From Chthonomonadales bacterium (GTDB lineage Bacteria > Armatimonadota > Chthonomonadetes > Chthonomonadales > Chthonomonadaceae), in the NCBI GenBank assembly GCA_038217285.1, contig JBBQPO010000234.1, positions 1-10,009 on the forward strand: a stretch of 10,009 bases of DNA, read 5' to 3'. The translations under genes were made by a program, and so were the position numbers. Under the pieces are notes generated by a model. It was not told where the DNA came from, ran no database searches, and saw nothing but the letters and a program-made list of their open reading frames with translations. How positions within the stretch are numbered: position 1 is the stretch's first letter; each line of letters begins with the position of its first letter. Positions 5,962 to 10,009 of this stretch are shown one piece after another.

Positions 5962-7503
5962 TCATGAAACCGAATGAACGGCGGACACGGGAAAAGTGAC
6001 GGTGACTCTGGCGCCGCCCCCCGGTCGGTTATCGTAGGCGATGTCGCCGTGCAACTCGTAGCGGCCGGTGCTGTCTACCAGTCCCAGCCCCGTCTTTGCA
6101 GCCGTCCGCCAATCGAACTCCGGAGGAAAGCCGGGACCGTCATCGTAGATGTCCAGATGGGCGACGTTCTCTTTGAGTGCCAGGGTGAGGGCTATCTCGG
6201 TTTTACTGTGTCGGGCGGCGTTGGAGATTAGCTCCGAAATGAGCAGAGCCAGCGAGGCGCTGGCCTGGATGGAGAGCTGGAAATCCTCGACCTCGTAGCG
6301 AAGACGGCGTCCACGCATCGTGTCCCGAAGCAGAAGAAATACCTGGCCCACGACGGCCTGCGCCGAGAGACTGTTCGCCTCCATGCCTGTCTCGGAATCT
6401 TGGGTCAGCAGGTCGTGAATGGCGGCCAGGGAGCGGGAGTGCTGACTAATGCGCGCCAGCGCTGTGCTGGGGACCAGATCGTCCCCTTCTGCCATCTGAA
6501 TTTCGACCAGCGCCGCGACGATCTGCAGATTGTTCTGGACGCGATGATGGGTTTCCTGAATCGACTGTTTGAGACGGGCATTGAGCGTCTCGATCTCCGT
6601 CAGGTGTTGCCTTCGCTCTGTGATGTCGTTGAAGAGAGAGTAGACTTGATAGGGTGTGTCCTCCTCGGGCCGGAACTGCGGAATGGCGTCCACCAGAAGC
6701 CATCTTTTGGACTCGACGGTCGGATTATGTATCCCCATGACGAAGTTCTGAACGATCTGTCCCGTGCGCAGCGCCACCATCGCAGGATGCTCTGCATCGG
6801 GCAGGTCTGAGCCATCCTCACGAACGGCGCGCCAGTGCGGACCCCGCACGGTCTTCCCACGCATCTGATCCAGCGTGATGCCCAGCAGGCGCTCCGCCGT
6901 GGGGTTGGCATCGATCAAAATCCCCTCGGCGTTCTGATAGACGACACCCTGCGTCATCGTCGTGAACAGCGCACGATGCTTCTCTTCGGATTCCCGCAGG
7001 GCTTCCAATGCCTGTTTGCGGGCCGTGATATCGGTGCAGACCCCGACCGCTCTCCACTGTCGGCCTTCGATGATCGTCTCGACCTGCACATCTTCGTGCA
7101 GCCAGTGTATCTCCCCGTTGGCGGCAGTACACCGGAACTCCTGCTCATAACTGCGTCCTGCCCGGATGGCGGCGGTGCCCAGGCGGTCGCACACCTCCCG
7201 GTCGGCAGGCAGACGCGCGCGCCGACGGGCGGAGTCGTACGTCTCGCCCGGCTCCATGTCCAGGGGCAGAAACTGCAGTGCGCCTTCGGGGGCGACAAAG
7301 CGGGAATTCCAGAAGAGCAGGTCCGGATGGTCGCTCTCGCTGATATCAGCATACCAGATGAGACATCTCGCCGCAGACATCACGTAGGCGCGTTCCTGTT
7401 CGCTTTCCCGCAGCTTCTGCTCCGCGCGTCTGGCTTCGGTGATATCGCGCAGATGCTCTGGCGCTTCGACGCTGACGACCGCTTCGTTTTCACTGTTACT
7501 CAT
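5962..7503 (-). CDS. Cytoplasmic PAS-PAS sensor histidine kinase (HisKA_2 type), 513 aa
   Basis: Two PAS/PAC units ending in DITARK and DITERR. H-box ETHHRVQNNLQ, IHDLL, N-box ELISNAARH, G1 DDGPGF and G2 GLGLV. No TM helix seen. Confidence 0.9.
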   Translation of the reverse strand: MSNSENEAVVSVEAPEHLRDITEARRAEQKLRESEQERAYVMSAARCLIWYADISESDHPDLLFWNSRFVAPEGALQFLPLDMEPGETYDSARRRARLPADREVCDRLGTAAIRAGRSYEQEFRCTAANGEIHWLHEDVQVETIIEGRQWRAVGVCTDITARKQALEALRESEEKHRALFTTMTQGVVYQNAEGILIDANPTAERLLGITLDQMRGKTVRGPHWRAVREDGSDLPDAEHPAMVALRTGQIVQNFVMGIHNPTVESKRWLLVDAIPQFRPEEDTPYQVYSLFNDITERRQHLTEIETLNARLKQSIQETHHRVQNNLQIVAALVEIQMAEGDDLVPSTALARISQHSRSLAAIHDLLTQDSETGMEANSLSAQAVVGQVFLLLRDTMRGRRLRYEVEDFQLSIQASASLALLISELISNAARHSKTEIALTLALKENVAHLDIYDDGPGFPPEFDWRTAAKTGLGLVDSTGRYELHGDIAYDNRPGGGARVTVTFPVSAVHSVS

Positions 7504-7544
7504 GGCACAACTTCTTTTTGGTACGACATAGATCCGAGCGAATG

Positions 7545-7572
7545 AAAAGAGCCTGCGAGGTCGCAGGCTCTT
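7545..7572 (-). terminator. Intrinsic terminator downstream of the ThuA-like gene
   Basis: Perfect 12-bp inverted repeat AAGAGCCTGCGA-gg-TCGCAGGCTCTT (7547-7572). On the - strand it ends in CTTTT, and it begins 18 nt after the stop codon. Confidence 0.75.
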
Positions 7573-7590
7573 GTGGGCGAGACGCGGACG

Positions 7591-8355
7591 TTATTTCTTC
7601 GCCGCGACCCACTGAACGCCGTTGCGGAAGATGCGGCGGATATCTTCCTGGAAATAGATCGGATAGCCTTCGTGTCCCGGCTGAAAGTAGAAGACACGGC
7701 CCTTCCCAACGGTCCAGACCATCCCCTGCTGGGCGTTCTGGGATGTCCCGTTGGGCAGGTTGTAGAGGCCGTCGAAAAGCACGGTCTCCGGGGTCGGAAC
7801 CTCGAACGGATCGCCGTAGCGCTCCGTATGCGGCACAACGAAATCGGTGACGCCTTTGCAAATCGGATGTTTCGGGGCCTTGACGAGCAGCGTCAGTTTG
7901 CTGCCATCGTCGATATAGCCGTTCCAGCCACAGTTCGTGCCGAGTATCGCTTTCAGCGGCTTGGAGTAGTGCGCGGAGTGCGTGGCGATGAAGCCCATGC
8001 CATCCTCCTTCACACGCTTTACGATTCGTGCCACCAGTTCGTCTTTGACATCGCCGTGTCTCTGATGTCCCCACCAGATCAGAACGTCGGCGCTGTTCAG
8101 AACGCTGTCCGGCAGGCCCTGATCGGGGTCGTTGATAGAAGCGGTGGCGATGTCCCAGCCTTTGAGTGGCTTGAGGCCGTCGGCGATAACGGTATTGATG
8201 TCGTTCGGATAGACGCTTTTAGGAGCCGTACCCTCGGACCAGACGACGACATTACGGTTCTTTTTGGCGGCTTCCGCGCCGCCGCCGAGCAGGGCGGTGC
8301 TCGCCAGTATCACTCCGCCGCTCACAAAGGCGCGGCGATCTATCTTTTCACTCAT
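7591..8355 (-). CDS. ThuA-like (trehalose utilisation, class I GATase-like) domain protein with Tat signal, 254 aa
   Basis: DRRAFV twin-arginine signal ending AEA. Motifs VVVWSE, YP..I, DVLIWWGH..H..V.D, GMGFIATHSAHYSK, HPI.KGV, E.YGDPF.VP.P and G.GRVFYFQPGHE.YPIY. RBS AAAGGA is the complement of 8367-8372. Confidence 0.9.
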   Translation of the reverse strand: MSEKIDRRAFVSGGVILASTALLGGGAEAAKKNRNVVVWSEGTAPKSVYPNDINTVIADGLKPLKGWDIATASINDPDQGLPDSVLNSADVLIWWGHQRHGDVKDELVARIVKRVKEDGMGFIATHSAHYSKPLKAILGTNCGWNGYIDDGSKLTLLVKAPKHPICKGVTDFVVPHTERYGDPFEVPTPETVLFDGLYNLPNGTSQNAQQGMVWTVGKGRVFYFQPGHEGYPIYFQEDIRRIFRNGVQWVAAKK

Positions 8356-8393
8356 GGAGTTCTTGTTCCTTTCAGCATTCGGGGGCTTGAACC

Positions 8394-8423
8394 ATTATAG
8401 CAACCTTCCGGGAGGGCTGTCAA
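8394..8423 (-). promoter_or_regulatory. Consensus sigma70 promoter of the ThuA-like gene
   Basis: The - strand reads TTGACA (8423-8418), 18 nt, TATAAT (8399-8394), with an extended TG. It lies about 40 nt upstream of the ATG at 8355. Confidence 0.85.
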
Positions 8424-8476
8424 ATCTCCTGACCCCCGGCCCCTTCCCGAGACGGCTTATCTTGTCCCTTAAGACC

Positions 8477-8668
8477 GCCGCCCCTAAAGGAGCGGCCTGT
8501 TGGGGAAGTTAAAGGCCCATAAATGGGCCTGGGAGGGCTGGAAAGCAGAACCAAGCTCCTCAAGAAGGGATGGCTGACACCCTGTTTCCTTGCGCCATCG
8601 TCCCTGCTCACGTCCGACCCAGCCCCCTTGAGGGGGCTTACCGCATCAGACCGCTCCTTGAGGGGCGG
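8477..8668. repeat. REP/REPIN-like element: two hairpin doublets in inverted orientation
   Basis: Hairpins CCGCCCC-TAAA-GGAGCGG (8478-8495), AGGCCCA-TAAA-TGGGCCT (8513-8530), AGCCCCC-TTGA-GGGGGCT (8621-8638) and CCGCTCC-TTGA-GGGGCGG (8651-8668). The reverse complement of 8647-8668 matches 8478-8499 at 20/22. Confidence 0.7.
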
Positions 8669-8711
8669 GAAGTAAAGCGCGAGGAGGAGGTTTGCGGTCC
8701 TGTGCTCGCCA

Positions 8712-9902
8712 TTAAGCGGCCTGTTTCAGGGCGGTCTGGAGATCATCCCAGAGGGCGTCGGCGCTTTCGAGGCCGATGTGCAGGCGAATCAGCCACCGAA
8801 CGCCTTCTCCACCGTCTATATGCAGGGCGGGAACGGTGGCGGGAACGGCAAGGCTTTCGAAGCCGCCCCAACTGCATCCGATGCCGAAATGCTTCAGGCT
8901 GTTGACGACGCGAAAGGCCGCTTCACGGCCCGGATTGCGCAGTTCGAGGCTCATCAAGCCGCTCGTGCCGCGCAGTTGGCGGGCGGTGAGCTCGGCCTGG
9001 ACGTCGGAGTCGAGGCCGGGGTAGAACACGGTTTTGACGGCGGCGTGGGCGCAGAGCGCCTGGGCGATACGGCGGGCGTTCTGCTGGTGCTGGGCCATCC
9101 GGACGGGCAGGGTGCGCAGGCCGCGCAGGAGCAGCCAGGCGGCGAAGGGGTCGAGGATGCCGCCGAGCAGCAGCCCTTCGTCCATCACAAGGCGTTTCAT
9201 CTGCGCCTCATGCCCGATGACAACGCCCGCCACGATGTCGCTGTGCCCGCCGAGGTACTTGGTCGCGGAGTGGATCGAGATATCGATGCCCAGACGGAGC
9301 GGGCTCTGGTAGAGGGGCGAGGCCCAGGAGTTGTCGCAGGCGGTGGTGATGTCATGCGCCTTCGCGATGCTCGCAATGGCCCGCATGTCCTGTTGCTTCA
9401 TGAGATAACTAGAGGGCGACTCCAGGAAGAAGAGGCGGGTGTTCGGGCGGCGGGCGTCGTCCCACTCTTGCGGGTCGCAGCCGTCGATGAAGGTGGCTTC
9501 TACGCCGAAGCGCGGCAGATAGCTCGTAAGGAACTGCCGGGTCGGGCCGTAGACGGTCTGGGGCGCCACGACATGATCGCCCGCCTTAACGCAGGACATA
9601 ATCGCCGCCGAGATCGCTGCCATGCCGCTGCCGAAGCAGCGCGCCCGCGCCCCGCCCTCCATGGCCGCGATCTTAACCTCCGCGATCTCGGTGGTCGGAT
9701 TGGAGACGCGGGTGTAGCTGTAGGGATCGCCCTCAAGGGCGAACGCTCCGCCCCAGGCTTCGCAGTTGGGAAAGGTAAAGAGGGAGTTCTGGTAGATCGG
9801 CGGAATCACAGCGCCCTGGTAGCGGGTGCGGTCCTCTCCGAAATGCGCGCAGATCGTCTCGAAATCGGGCAGCTCTTCTGAGGCAGGGTTTGTCTCGGGC
9901 AT
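8712..9902 (-). CDS. PLP-dependent Cys/Met metabolism enzyme (cystathionine beta-lyase / gamma-synthase / methionine gamma-lyase family), 396 aa
   Basis: The likely start is the ATG at 9902 with GGAGA RBS (complement of 9913-9917). Motifs PPIYQNSLF, YTRVSNPT, SGMAAI, YGPT, ESPSS, DNSWASP, the PLP-lysine motif HSATKYLGGHSD, SWGGFES and IRLHIGLE. Exact specificity is not resolvable from motifs. Confidence 0.93.
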   Translation of the reverse strand: MPETNPASEELPDFETICAHFGEDRTRYQGAVIPPIYQNSLFTFPNCEAWGGAFALEGDPYSYTRVSNPTTEIAEVKIAAMEGGARARCFGSGMAAISAAIMSCVKAGDHVVAPQTVYGPTRQFLTSYLPRFGVEATFIDGCDPQEWDDARRPNTRLFFLESPSSYLMKQQDMRAIASIAKAHDITTACDNSWASPLYQSPLRLGIDISIHSATKYLGGHSDIVAGVVIGHEAQMKRLVMDEGLLLGGILDPFAAWLLLRGLRTLPVRMAQHQQNARRIAQALCAHAAVKTVFYPGLDSDVQAELTARQLRGTSGLMSLELRNPGREAAFRVVNSLKHFGIGCSWGGFESLAVPATVPALHIDGGEGVRWLIRLHIGLESADALWDDLQTALKQAA

Positions 9903-10009
9903 GGGGTGGTTTTCTCCATCGGGTTTTACCGCGGGGTAGAACCGCATCAAACGGTGAAAATGTGAAAAGTGGGGCATGTCCTTCGTAAGTTTGATTACCA
10001 CATCCAACT

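Noticed and set aside
5951-5972. Short inverted repeats between the convergent propeller and kinase stops
   Set aside because: The 5-bp stems are too weak to call a terminator.
8426-8448. CCTGACCCCCGGCCCCTTCCC, resembling the left half of a common GC-rich intergenic palindrome
   Set aside because: Only 6-bp complementary matches occur downstream and no adjacent right arm is present, so it cannot be supported as an element.
8778-9881. 367-aa + strand ORF (also 7573..8400 and 6835..7545)
   Set aside because: Antisense shadows of the PLP lyase, ThuA-like and kinase genes with no motifs of their own.
9903-10007. 35-aa N-terminal extension of the PLP enzyme
   Set aside because: The RBS and family-typical length favour the ATG at 9902, and the extension covers AT-richer promoter-like sequence.

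Overview
High-GC bacterial window. A planctomycete-type DUF1592(heme c)/DUF1552/beta-propeller cluster and Tat-signal proteins suggest a Planctomycetota/Armatimonadota-like host, which is inference only. The order is: the 3' end of a DUF1592-family cytochrome-domain gene (+); a reverse-strand, apparently lower-GC three-gene cassette (PD-(D/E)xK-like DUF6946-type protein, ABC/AAA_21-type ATPase, DUF4276 TOPRIM-like protein); a Tat-exported DUF1552 protein and an Asp-box beta-propeller (+); then on the - strand a PLP-dependent Cys/Met lyase, a REP-like hairpin cluster, a ThuA-like protein with a consensus sigma70 promoter and terminator, and a PAS-PAS HisKA_2 kinase. The main candidate for an undescribed system is the nuclease + ATPase + TOPRIM cassette, a putative anti-phage module wedged between two normally adjacent genes and preceded by an array of TTGCCWGGCAA-like motifs. 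Family assignments come from motif recognition, not database searches.
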